This document shows, piece by piece, positions 52,201 to 64,000 of a DNA stretch of 64,000 bases (its first letter is position 1; the number at the start of each line of letters is the position of its first letter). Position numbers and translations under genes: made by a program. The stretch comes from Anaeramoeba ignava BMAN (Eukaryota; Protista; Anaeramoebae). The notes beneath the pieces are model-generated. The model worked only from the letters and a program-made list of their open reading frames with translations. It did not search any database and had not been told where the DNA came from. The stretch is taken from contig JAPDFW010000064.1 in NCBI GenBank assembly GCA_028826165.1, positions 62,001 to 126,000 of the forward strand, in the 5' to 3' direction.

Positions 52201-53003
52201 TAACCAATAAGCATTAAATATCGAATTTTTGGATTTGAATTATTGAGAATAAACTCAGCAATCTGTTCATAATTGTCGCCTTGAAAAGAAAGCGCCAGTT
52301 GAAGGGCTGTAAGACCCTCCTCCTTGGTTCTCATCACAAGCAGCTTCTCTGTGATGAAACTGGCCTGCCGCTGATTGGCTCTTGGCAAGTTGGAAAGCTT
52401 CTCAAATAAAATCTTAATTAAATTTAATTCTCCTTTTAAAATCGCAAGATGAAAAAATGTCAGATCATCCGATTCTTCCTTTTGAAATAAATCAGTCACT
52501 AAATTAGAGCTCAAAACATTCTCCACAATCTCATTATATCCCGATAACACGACCGAGTGCATAAGATACTCTACTCCTTTTCGATTTGTGTTTGGCTCCT
52601 TTGTCACTCTTTGGATGACCGTTTTTTTTTTTTCTTCGCTATTTATCATTTTCTTCATTGATGCTAATAAAATATTCACATATTTATCTTCTTTGGAAAG
52701 AATCGCCACGTGAAGCGGCGTTAAACCCTTCTCATTTGGCATAAATACTAAATTTTCATTTTCAATTAAAAATGCAAATAATTTTTCAAATGATGTGATT
52801 TTTTCTTTTAGTTTTAATTCTTCATTATCATCTTCATTTTCTATTCGTGTCTTGATTTTGTGAATTGATTTGATTGCATTGTGTAAACATGTATTTTGTG
52901 TTTGTGGATCTTTTTGAAGAATTAATCCCGGTTTTAATTTAGCAAGTTCAAGTGCTTTTTGAAATTCTGCTTGTTTACAAAGAAATAATATTGTTGGATC
53001 CAT
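49225..53003 (-). CDS. Ankyrin-repeat protein with a C-terminal pseudokinase domain (exons 51212-53003 and 49225-50729)
   Basis: Many ankyrin repeats (NTCLHNA, GLTPLHVA, GLTALQLA, GYCPLSLA, NPLMQA). Kinase-like fold with IYHGNLHPDSIF, KMHGYG, FSPQE and VDLFQFG. Confidence 0.85.
50735..51205. repeat. Intronic (AAAATT)n hexamer array
   Basis: Intron 50730-51211. Confidence 0.92.
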
Positions 53004-53226
53004 TTATAAATTTTATTATTTCAATTTTCTTATTATTTTTTATTTAAAAAAAAAAAAATTTATTTAAAAAATGAAAATGAAAAAAATGAAAATGAAAAAA
53101 ATGAAAATGAAAAAAATGAAAATGAAAAAAATTTTGTTTTGCTTTTTTTTATTCAAAAAAAAAAACGAAAAAAAAAAATATAAAAAGATTTCTTTTTCTT
53201 TTTCTTTTTCTTTTTCTTTCCTCCAA

Positions 53227-56200
53227 TTAATTATTTAAATTAATTTGAAAATTATTAATTAAAAAATTGTTCATCTTTTGTTTTTGTAATTTTGGAGAAT
53301 TTTCAATAAAAGAATTTTCTTCAATTGAATTTAATTCTGGTGATCTTTCTTCAATTAGGGATTGATCAAAATTTAATCTTTTTTTTTGAGGTTTAATTAA
53401 TTCATTTGTTTTTTTTTGTTGTATTTCAGATTCATTTAAATTTAAGAAGAATTTTTGTTTTGGATTTTGAATTGGATTTTTTTTTGGATTTTGAATTTTA
53501 TTAATTTGAATTTGATTTTGAATTGAATTTTGAATTGGATTTTGAATTGGATTTTGAATTTGATTTTGAATTGGAATTGAATTTTGAATTGGATTTTGAA
53601 TTGGATTTTGAATTTTATTAATTTGAATTTGATTTGGAATTGAATTTTGAATTGGATTTTGAATTGGATTTGGAATTGGATTTTGAATTGAATTTTGAAT
53701 TGGATTTTGAATTGGATTTTGAATTGGATTTGGAATTGGATTTGGATTTTGAATTTTATTAATTGGAATTGGATTTGGAATTGAATTTTGAATTGGATTT
53801 TGAAAGAAATTCCCAATATTTGAAAAATTTAAATTTGGATCATCAAAAAAATTATTTTGGAATTCTTTTGTTTTTTCTGTATTTGTTGAATCAACTAACT
53901 TTTCTAATGAATAATTATTTGTTGTTGTTGTTTTTTCTTGTGATTGTAATTGAGATAAATTGGGTATTTTGTTTTCATTTCTTGTTTTAATAGAATTATT
54001 TGGATCAAAATTAATGAAATTGTAAACATTATTATTAAGTGATTTGAATGAAAAATTAATATTGTTATTAATTGTTTGTGTTTGAATATTTGAATTGGGA
54101 TTTTTGATTATGGTTTGTGGTTTTAAAAAATTTGTTTCTGAATTATTGATTGCTTGATTTGGAAAAATTGATTGATTCATATTATAAGAATTTCCAAATG
54201 TATTTCCAAAATTATTCATGTTTATATTCGGTTTTTTGTCTTTTTTCATTTCGGAATTATTTTTAAATGATTCTTGATGTATTTTTTGGAAAATTTCAAG
54301 ATTTGATTTTTGTTGTGGAAAATTCATTTTTAAATCAGGAAGAAAATCAACAAATTTTTCAGGAAATTTTGAAGAATCTTGAAGTGATTGTTTTCCATTT
54401 TCAAATTTAAAAGGAAATTTTGTTTGGTTGTCTAATTCTTGAGACTTTTGATTGAAATTAGGATTCAAATTCAAATTCAAATTCAAATTCAAATTTTGAT
54501 TTGGATTTTGAATTGGATTTTGAATTGGATTTTGATTTTGATTTTGATTTTGATTTTGATTTAAATTGAAATTTAATGGATTTCCAAATCTTGTTTGATA
54601 TTGAGTATTTACAGGTGATATGTTCCTTTCAAATACTCCAATTTTTGAATCTTTATTTCTTTCTTCGAAATGTAATTTTTTCAAATTTGATAATCTATCA
54701 ATAATTAATTGCTTTGTTTCAGAAACAGTTTTCTTTTGAAGTTCATTTCCATTTTTATTTTTATTTTCATTTTCTCTTGTGATTTCATTTTCTTTCTTAA
54801 TTTCATTTTCTTTAATTTCATTTTTATTTTTATTTCCATTTTCTTTCTTAATTTCATTTTCTTTCTTAGTTTCATTTTCTTTCTTGATTTCATTTTCTTT
54901 CTTAATTTCATTTTCTTTCTTGATTTCATTTTCTTTCTTAAGTTCATTTTCTTTCTTGATTTCATTTTCTTTCTTAATTTCATTTTCTTTCTTGATTTCA
55001 TTTTCTTTCTTAATTTCATTTTCTTTCTTAATTTCATTTTCTTTCTTAGTTTCATTTTCTTTCTTAATTTCATTTTCTTTCTTGATTTCATTTTCTTTCT
55101 TAATTTCATTTTCTTTCTTAATTTCATTTTCTTTCTTTTTAAATTTTGAAATAGTTGAATCATCTGATTGATTATCATCAGAATCAGTTACAAGAGAAAC
55201 ATAAACATTTCTCCAATTCATTCTAAAATAAGCTCTACTTTTCAATGCAGATATAGCTTCATAATGATTAATAAATGCAACAAAGCATTGAGCAGAAGCA
55301 CTCAATTTTGATTTGATAATATAAATTCCATTGGAACAAATTTTATAATTATTAAATAAAGATTTAATTGCATTTGGATTAACATGAAAAGGGAGATTTT
55401 TTAATCTTAAAACAGCATCTTGTGGGAATCTATTTATAAATTGTCGAGTTTCTTCACTTGTGATAATTTTTTTATCAGGATCTGCACTGTCATGTGGTTT
55501 GGCAATATTCATTGTATTAAATACCATTCCGTTAATTGTTTTTCCTTTTATATCCTTATAAGCAATAACAAGATTCCTGAAATCATTGAAATTAACAAAA
55601 GCACAATGTGTATGTTGAATTACTTTCACACTATTAATTTTTCCATATTTTGAACATAATCCTTCAAGTTTTTGTTCTGTAAATTCTTCTCCAACATCTC
55701 CAATCCACATTGTTTTGCTATGACAAAAATTCTTATCTAAATCATAATATCCTGTTAGTTCATCAACTTCTTCATTTGTTAGTTGACTCAAAAGATTGTT
55801 TTGTAATTCTTTATTGGGATCTTCATTTTTATTCGTGTTGTTTTGTAAGTTTTCTTGTTTTTTTACTGGTTCACTTTTTGTTTTTTTGACAATTTGTAAT
55901 CGATTTTGTTTTTGTTGCTTTTTATTTGGATTAGAAAGTGATTTAATTTTTTTGGCTATTTGTGGTGATTCTTTATTTTGATTTTTATTTTGATTTTTAT
56001 TTTGATTTTGATTTTTATTTTGATTTTGGTTTGCATTTTGATTTTGATTTTGATTTTGGTTTTGATTTTGTTTTTGATTTTGGTTTGCATTTTGAATTTG
56101 ATTTTGTTTTTGATTTTGATTTTGTTTTTGTTTTTGATTTTGTTTTTGATTTTGAATTTGATTTTGTTTTTGATTTTGTTTTTGATTTTGGTTTGCATTT

Positions 56201-59200
56201 TGATTTGCATCTTTGTTTCGTTTATTTCTTTTTCTCTGCTTTTTTCTCTTTAATTTCTGTTTCTTATTTTCAATTTTTTCTAGTCTTCTTTTTTCTGCTT
56301 CCAATTCAGCAAGTCTTTGTTTTTCTTTTTGTTCTTCTTGAAACTTTTTCAATTGTTCATCTCTTTCAATTTTTTCAATTTTGAAAGTATAATCATTAAT
56401 TTTCTTTTGGATTTTAATTTTTTTATCAGCAATAAATTTCTTTGTTCTATTAATAAGCTTGGAGATTTCTTTCTTGTATTGTTTTTCATAGATGATATTT
56501 TGAAAAGAAAATGTGTGATTATGCTCTTTTTTGGCATAATAATATTTATATTCATTTTCTAATTGAATCATGAAAAATTTTGAGATGAAAACTAAGAAAA
56601 GCATATATGGTTCTTGAAGATCGGAATTGAAAAATTCAAAAGTATTTTGTGCTTGTTCCAACTTGATTTCTAATTGTTCTTTGTTTATTCTTGAATTTTT
56701 TCCATTGTCAATTTTTTTGGTGGTTATATCATTGATTTTTCCATCTGCAAAAAGTATTTCACAATTAATATCTGCAAATTTTGAAATTTCTTTAAAAAGT
56801 TCAAGTGCTTTTTCTTTTGTAGATATTTCATTTGGAGAAATTGTGAGTTTATATTCTTGATTTTTCTTATTGATATTTTGCTTTTTTTTCTGTGTTTCTT
56901 GTTCTTGTTCTTTTGTTTCAGGAACTACTATAAATTTATCAAAAAGATCAAATTTAATGAAGAGTTTTTCAATATTTCCTGAAATTAATTGAGCTCGATC
57001 TCTTAATTGATTTTGATTTTGATTTTGATTTTTGATTTTGATTTTGATTTTTATTTTGTTGAGGATTATTTCTTTGTCCTTTTCCTTTTCCTCTTCTTTT
57101 TTTTTGTGACTTCTTTTTTGGAATTTGAAAATTTTGTGAATTGGATGGTTCTTTTATATTTAGATATTTACTTTTTTTATAAAGAAGAAAATCCATAAAT
57201 CTTGAAGAATTTTTCTTGAAATATTTATCAATATAATTTTCCAAAAAATTGATATTTTGTGAAAGAATTTTTTCAATATTTTGATTTTCCCATTGCTCTA
57301 TTAAAAATTGAGAAAGAATTTCAGGAGTAATTGAAATTGAATACCAAAGATTTTTTTCATCAACATCTTTGAATTCATTTTCTTGATTTTTTGAATTTTC
57401 TTGATTTTTTGAATTTTCTTGATTTTTTGAATTTTCTTGATTTTTTAAATTTTCTTGATTTGATTGAGTTTTTTCAATTTTATGATAATTTCCCAGCTTT
57501 TGTAATTGATAAATTGTCTCTAATTCTTCCATTGTTCGTGGTTGATTTAAGCTATTTAACATTTGAAATTTCTGAATTTCTTTCAATTCTTGAATTTTTT
57601 CTTCAAGTTTGTCCATATATGGTTTTTCATTTATTATATTTTTTTGTTCATCTTGATTGATTTGATCTTCTTGATGTAAATTGATATTTTCTTGTTCTTG
57701 ATAGAGTAAAATTTGGATTTGATTAAAAAGAGTATTTGCTTCTTCATTATCTGGATCTAAACGAAGTAAATTATATAAATCTATTTTTTATCAAAATATA
57801 TATATAATCAATGAATATTATTGCTTTGTTTTTGAATTGGGGAATTTTAAATTAATTTTACCTTCTAACGCAAGTAAATTTTGTTGAGATTCAATAAAAG
57901 CAGTTGCTCTTCTTAAAAGAGATTTTTTATTTTTAGGATTAAATTTAAGAGATCTTGTGCAAATTTGAATAGCTTTATCATATTCTTTTAAATGAAGAAG
58001 ACAAAGTGCTTCATTTGATAAAATTGAAGACAATCGTTTAAAATCATATTTTGGTGTATTCAGAAATGATTTATTATATAAAATAAGTGATGGTGCCCAA
58101 TCATTTTGTTGAAGATATTGTTTGGAATCTTTGGCCATTTGTTTTCCAGTTTTAATTGCCTAATTTAAATAAAAAAAACAAAAAAAAATATATTTTAACT
58201 TTCAATCCAAAATTAATTGAACAATATTTACAACTGATTTTCTTCTAAATCTTTCAATTTCAACCTCTTTTTCTCGAATTAATGTTGAAGGATCTTGAGA
58301 AGAAAAAACTTTTTTTGCAAATTTTCTATTTCCGATTGTGTTTTCATTTGTATTCGGAAATTTGGTTGAATGATGAAGTAAATCTAAATTTGAATCTAAA
58401 TTTAAATCCAATTTTATTTCTGTATTATATTTAACTTCATTATCAAATTCATTATCAGATGGACAATCACTACTTGTCCAAAAAACTTGATTTTCTTCTT
58501 CAAATTTTGATTTTTCAGATTCCGTAATTAATCGATCAAAATGTTCTATTTCATTATTATTATTATTATCACCATTATCATCTTCAATAACTTTTTGAAT
58601 AGCAGGCATTAAAAAATGTGTTCCAAATTTATCAATCATTTTTTTCTTAATTATTCTAATTTTAATATTTTCTTTTTTATTTTCATTTTCCGTACATCCA
58701 AAAAAATTTATAAAATTTTCTAGTTTATTTTTGGGAATAATATCTGTTATTTGGGTTTTTTGAAGAGCTTGAAGACGTTCACCTTTTTGTGTTAGGAGTG
58801 TGACTGTTTTTGAAATTGTTGAGATATATGGAAATTTAAATATATTTTCAATTTGATTTGAATTTTGATTTTGATTTTGATTTTGAATTTGATTTTGATT
58901 TTGATTTTCAATTTGATTTTGATTTTGATTTTGAATTTGATTTTGATTTTGATTTTGATTTTGATTTTGATTTTGATTTTCAATTTGATTTTTATTTTGA
59001 TTTTCAATTTCATTTTCATTTTGATTTTGCTTTAGGAGAAATAAATTAATATTTGGTTTCTGATTCTTTTGTAAAAAATTTTCTTCAATTTGTCTAAATT
59101 CTTTTTTAAATATTGCTTCAATAATATACATTTTCAATGAATGTTGTGGATCTGATTCATTTGAAAAATCAATTGAAGTATAAGCAGAACTTTCGATTTT

Positions 59201-61983
59201 GAACATTTCAAAAAATAATTTATGTGTAGGTTCAGCTGATCTTTGTTCAAAAACAGAAGTAGGAATAGGTATTTCTTGGAAATTGCATAAATGATAATCA
59301 TTTTCATTAAATTCTTTTGGAAAATAATTTTCAATTTCATTTGCAATGACTAAAGATGGTGGAAAAAGTGAATTTTGGTTTTCTTGATCTACATTATTAG
59401 ATTCATTAATAGAGTGATTATCTTTTTTGAGTTGAATATTTGATGTATTGTTTTGATTTTGATTTTCTGTTTGATTTTGATTTTCTGTTTTATTTTTATT
59501 TTTATTTTGATTTTGGTTTTGATTTTGGTTTTGGTTTTGATTTTGAATTTGATTTTGAATTTGATTTTGAATTTGATTTTGATTTTTCATTTCTCCTTTT
59601 TCATTTCTCATTTCTCCTTTTCTCCAAATTTTTGTATTATATTTTCTGAATGCAAAAAATAAAAGTATCATTAATCGATGATTTTGAAGCCAAAATTGAT
59701 GATTGTTCCATATATATTCAATTGCTTCATTTTCCTTCTCTGTATATTTATTTGAAAATATGTGGGTTGGTAAATTTTTCTTTCCAAGAAAAATATTTGG
59801 GACTTCTGGATTAAAAGCAATTGCTCTTTGTAATAATTTATATAAAATATAAACTTTTTTTTTCAATTCTTTTCTGTTTGATTTTTGGATTTTTTTAATT
59901 TCTTGAATTTCCTGATTTGTAAGTTGAGTTGTATCTAATTCATTTTGAATTTCTTTCATAGTATAATTTAATTTGAATTGAGGCTCATTTTTTTGAAATT
60001 GTTCTTTTATAATTTCATTGAAAATGGAATAATTTGATGAATAATTTTTTGATTCTTTGGAAAGAAAAGAAAAAAATTTAAATATTTTCTTAAATAATGA
60101 AAAAGTTATGAATAAAATTTTTTACTTTGAGATTCAAGTAAAAACAGAAGATAATTTTTGATTCGTGACTTTGCTTTGATATTTTCAATTGTTTTTTGGA
60201 ATTTTAGAACAACTTTTGTATATTTCCATGTTGTAGAAGCATCTCCTGGGAATTTTTTGTAAAAATCAGAAGCTTCTTTGTTTCTTTTTAAAGATAATAA
60301 AATTGGCATTATATAGAAACGAACACCAAGTGGATCTTTAGGTGAAATTTCTAAAATATCATAATATTCTTTTAGGGCTTGTTCTTTATTATCTAAACCT
60401 TTCCATAAACCTTAAATAAATAAATAATTTTATAAAATAATTTTATAAATAATTTTATATTTAATTTTATAAATAATTTAATAAATAATTTTATAAATAA
60501 TTTAATAAATAATTTTATAAATAATTTTATAAATAATTTTATAATTAATTTTATAAATAATTTTATAAATAATTTAATAAATAATTTTATAAATAATTTT
60601 ATATTTAATTTTATAAATAATTTAATAAATAATTTTATAAATAATTTTATATTTAATTTTATAAATAATTTTATAAATAATTTTATAAATAATTTTATAA
60701 ATAATTTTATAAATAATTTTATAAATAATTTTATAATTAATTTTATAAATAATTTTATAAATAATTTTATAAATAATTTTATAAATAATTTTATAAATAA
60801 TTTTATAAATAATTTTATAAATAATTTTATAAATAATTTTTAATTAATTTTATAATTAATTTTATAATTAATTGAATAATTAGTTTTTATATATAATTTT
60901 TTAAATAATTTTTTATTTTAATTTTTGTTTTAATTTTCAATAGTTATTTTTTAAATAATTTTAAAATAATTTTATAAATAATTTTATAAATAATTTTATA
61001 AATAATTTTATAAATAATTTTATAAATAATTTTATAAATAATTTTATAAATAATTTTTATAAATAATTTAATAAATAATTTTATATTTAATTAAATTTTT
61101 ATTTAATTTTATATTTAATTTTATAATTAATTTTATAATTAATTTTATATTTAATTTTATATTTAATTTTATAAACAATTTTATATTTTGTTTTTATAAA
61201 TAATTTTTAAAAATTTTATAAAAAATTAAAAAAAATCAAAAATTTTTCAAATTTTAAAAAAAAATTTTATAAAAGAAATTTTATAAATAATTTTATAAAT
61301 AATTTTATAAATAATTTTATATTTAATTTTATAAATAATTTTATAAATAATTTTATATTTAATTTTATAATTAATTTTATATTTAATTTAATAAATAATT
61401 TTATAAATAATTTTATAATTAATTTTATAAATAATTTTATATTTAATTTTATAAATAATTTAATAAATAATTTTATAATTAATTTTATAAATAATTTTAT
61501 AAATAATTTTATAAATAATTTTATAATTAATTATTTTTTGAGGAATTTTTTTCTTTTTGAAATTTGGATACACCAAGCATAATCATTTTTCATCTTCAAA
61601 AGAGAAATAATTGAAGAATGAGTTTCAAGAGAATTTAAATCAATTTTTAAATTTTCAATTTTTTTCTTTTTCATTTCAATAGTTTGATTTAGATATCTTA
61701 AACATTCTTCTGGAATTGTTGATTCTTGTGCAAGGTAAACTAATGATTTAATACTTTTGGGATAAAATTTTAAAGCCAATTCTGCATTTTTGATTCTTTC
61801 AATTCGAGATTTTTCATGGATTACTTTTTGAAGAATATTTTTTGCTCTTTTTTTATTCAAAATTTTTTGTTCTTTTTCATTTTCATTTGCTAATGTAATT
61901 CTCATCATTTTTTCTAATTCTTCCTTTGTAAATTCATTTAATAATTCTTCTGGAATATTAATTTGTTGTTGTTCTTGATTCAT
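53227..61983 (-). CDS. Very large multi-exon protein: ST7-like helical/TPR N-terminus, TPR domain, coiled coil, two RRMs and N/Q-rich tails; frameshift at about 57000
   Basis: ATG at 61983 and intron 60411-61571. [81 protein letters not shown]1 MWIGDV..CAFVNF and RRM2 [20 protein letters not shown] and PIQN repeats. Confidence 0.75.
60420..61530. repeat. Intronic 12-bp array (TTTATAAATAAT)n, same family and orientation as the COMMD2 intron
   Basis: Direct reading. Confidence 0.92.
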
Positions 61984-62216
61984 AATTTGAAAAAAAAAAT
62001 GTGAAAAAAAAAAATGAAAAAAAAAATTCAAAAAAAATTTTTTTCAATTAAAAAAAACAACAAAAAAAAAAAAAAATTTTTAAAAAAGAAAAAAACCAAA
62101 CTTAATTTTAATTTTAATTTTAATTTTAATTTTAATTTTAAATTTAATTTTAATTTTAATTTTAATTTAGAATTTTAATTTTAATTTTAATTTTAATTTA
62201 AATTTTGGAATTCAAA

Positions 62217-63270
62217 TCATTTTTTTTGTTTTGGTAAATGAAATGGAAAGAAAACTTCTTTAAAATTATTCAATATTCCTTTTGAATAAGGATTGCGAAT
62301 TTCTTTTTCTGTTGGAATATTTTTTAATTGGGAAATAAAAGTAACATTTTCATGAGTTCGTAAAAAAAGTTCTTTTAATTTTTCATTTGGAATTTTAAAT
62401 TTATTTGGATCGATTGGTTTTCTTTGAGAAAGTGGTTTATTTTCTTCCATTTTTTCATATTTGGCAATTAGTCTTTTTGTTCTTGTGAAGCTTTAAAATT
62501 TTCAAACATATGAATTTCTTCTTTTAAATCAGCATATCTGAAAGTTTCATTTGTTGTTGTATTAGTTGCAATCAAATATAAATGATATGCCACAAAAGCA
62601 AATAAAACAATTCCCATCATAAAAACCATAATCAATAATCCAAATAAAGCTCTATATTCAACAATGATATACTTATAAAGAAAATTTTAATTTTATATTT
62701 AATTTTAATTTTAATTTTGATTTTAATTTTAATTTTTTAAAATTTTTATTTTAATTTTAATTTTAATTTTTATTTTTAATTTTTTGATTTTAATTTTATT
62801 TTTAATTTTAATTTTAATTTTAATTTTAATTTTAATTTTAATTTTAATTTTAATTTTGATTTTAATTTAAATTTGATTTTAATTTTAATTTTAATTTGAT
62901 TTTAATTTTAATTTTAATTTGATTTTAATTTTATTTTTAATTTTAATTTTGATTTTAATTATAATTTTAATTTTAATTTTAATTTTATTATAATTATCTA
63001 CTCGAAGAATATGTGAAAAAGAGATTGGCGAAGGATTTCCATATTTATCAAAAAACACAAGATCTAAAATTGAACTATTTTTAACATTATAATATAAAAT
63101 TCGGAAAATAATATAACTTGCATAACTGCACATAATCATGTTTGCAATTAAAAATAAAACAAAATATCGATAATTATTTAATCCCATAGTATTTGCAACC
63201 CATCCACAATAGTGATCATAACGTGCAACACATTTGTTAACAAATCTACAATGTTTTGATCTTGCAGGTC
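62217..63270 (-). CDS. DHHC-family palmitoyltransferase (Swf1/ZDHHC4-like, DHYC variant), 3' exons; the 5' part lies beyond the window
   Basis: RPARSKHCRFVNKCVARYDHYCGWVANTMGLNNYRYF, YHLYLIATNTTTNE and NPYSKGILNNFKEVFFP. Intron at about 62673-63001 and a one-base homopolymer frameshift at about 62475. Confidence 0.9.
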
Positions 63271-63279
63271 TTTTTAAAA

Positions 63280-64000
63280 ATGATTATTAAAATGATTATT
63301 AAAATTTATTATTAAATTTATTATTAAATTTATTATTAAATTTATTATTAAATTTATTATTAAATTTATTATTAAAATTATTATTAAATTTATTATTAAA
63401 TTTATTATTAAATTTATTATTAAAATTATTATTAAAATTTATTATTAAATTTATTATTAAATTTATTATTAAATTTATTATTAAATTTATTATTAAAATT
63501 ATTATTAAATTTATTATTAAATTTATTATTAAAATTTATTATTAAATTTATTATTAAATTTATTATTAAAATTTATTATTAAAAATTATTATTAAAAATT
63601 TATTATTAAATTTATTATTAAAATTATTATTAAAATTTATTATTAAAATTATTATTAAAATTATTATTAAAATTATTAAAATTATTATTAAATTTATTAT
63701 TAAATTTATTATTAAAATTATTATTAAAATTTATTATTAAAATTATTATTAAATTTATTATTAAAAATTTATTATTAAATTTTATTATTAAATTTATTAT
63801 TAAATTTATTATTAAAATTTATTATTAAAATTATTATTATTAAATTTATTATTATTAAAATTATTATTAAATTTATTATTAAATTTATTATTAAATTTAT
63901 TATTAAAATTTATTATTAAATTTATTATTAAATTTATTATTAAATTTATTATTAAATTTATTATTAAATTGATTATTAAATTTATTATTAAATTTATTAT
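63280..64000. repeat. Intronic 12-bp array (TTATTAAATTTA)n in the DHHC gene
   Basis: Direct reading to the window end. Confidence 0.92.

Noticed and set aside
1-64000. Inteins, rRNA or tRNA genes
   Set aside because: By eye I saw no Hint-domain splice motifs interrupting conserved proteins and no structured RNA gene signature. A covariance-model or HMM search would be needed to exclude them fully.

Overview
An extremely AT-rich, gene-dense eukaryotic (protist) nuclear region using the standard genetic code and GT-AG introns. The Asn/Gln-rich low-complexity proteins and the TCA(T/C)TTT motif before start codons resemble a metamonad such as Anaeramoeba, but this is inference only. I can support 15 host protein-coding genes: WASHC5/strumpellin (5' exon), a CH-RasGAP-PH protein with a degenerate GAP site, COMMD2, TRAP-alpha, UXT, a large CH plus PH-like-repeat protein, proteasome alpha-4 (PSMA7), TMEM128-like, an ankyrin-RasGEF, SCYL2-like, farnesyltransferase beta, a myristoylated PAS protein, an ankyrin pseudokinase, an ST7-like/TPR/RRM protein and a DHHC-family (DHYC) palmitoyltransferase. 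Four structural features stand out. (1) Many introns are inflated to 0.5-5.6 kb by tandem arrays that differ in sequence between introns but mostly share a 12-bp period. (2) A pogo/Fot-like (DD35D) DNA transposon with 44-bp TIRs sits inside the PSMA7 intron array. (3) About 19-20 copies of a 160/172-bp satellite fill the only large intergenic gap. (4) 'Ghost' exon sequence is blended into repeat arrays, and several frameshifts fall in low-complexity tracts, which points to long-read consensus errors. Most long F/I/Y/L/N/K-rich ORFs in the track are spurious translations of repeats.
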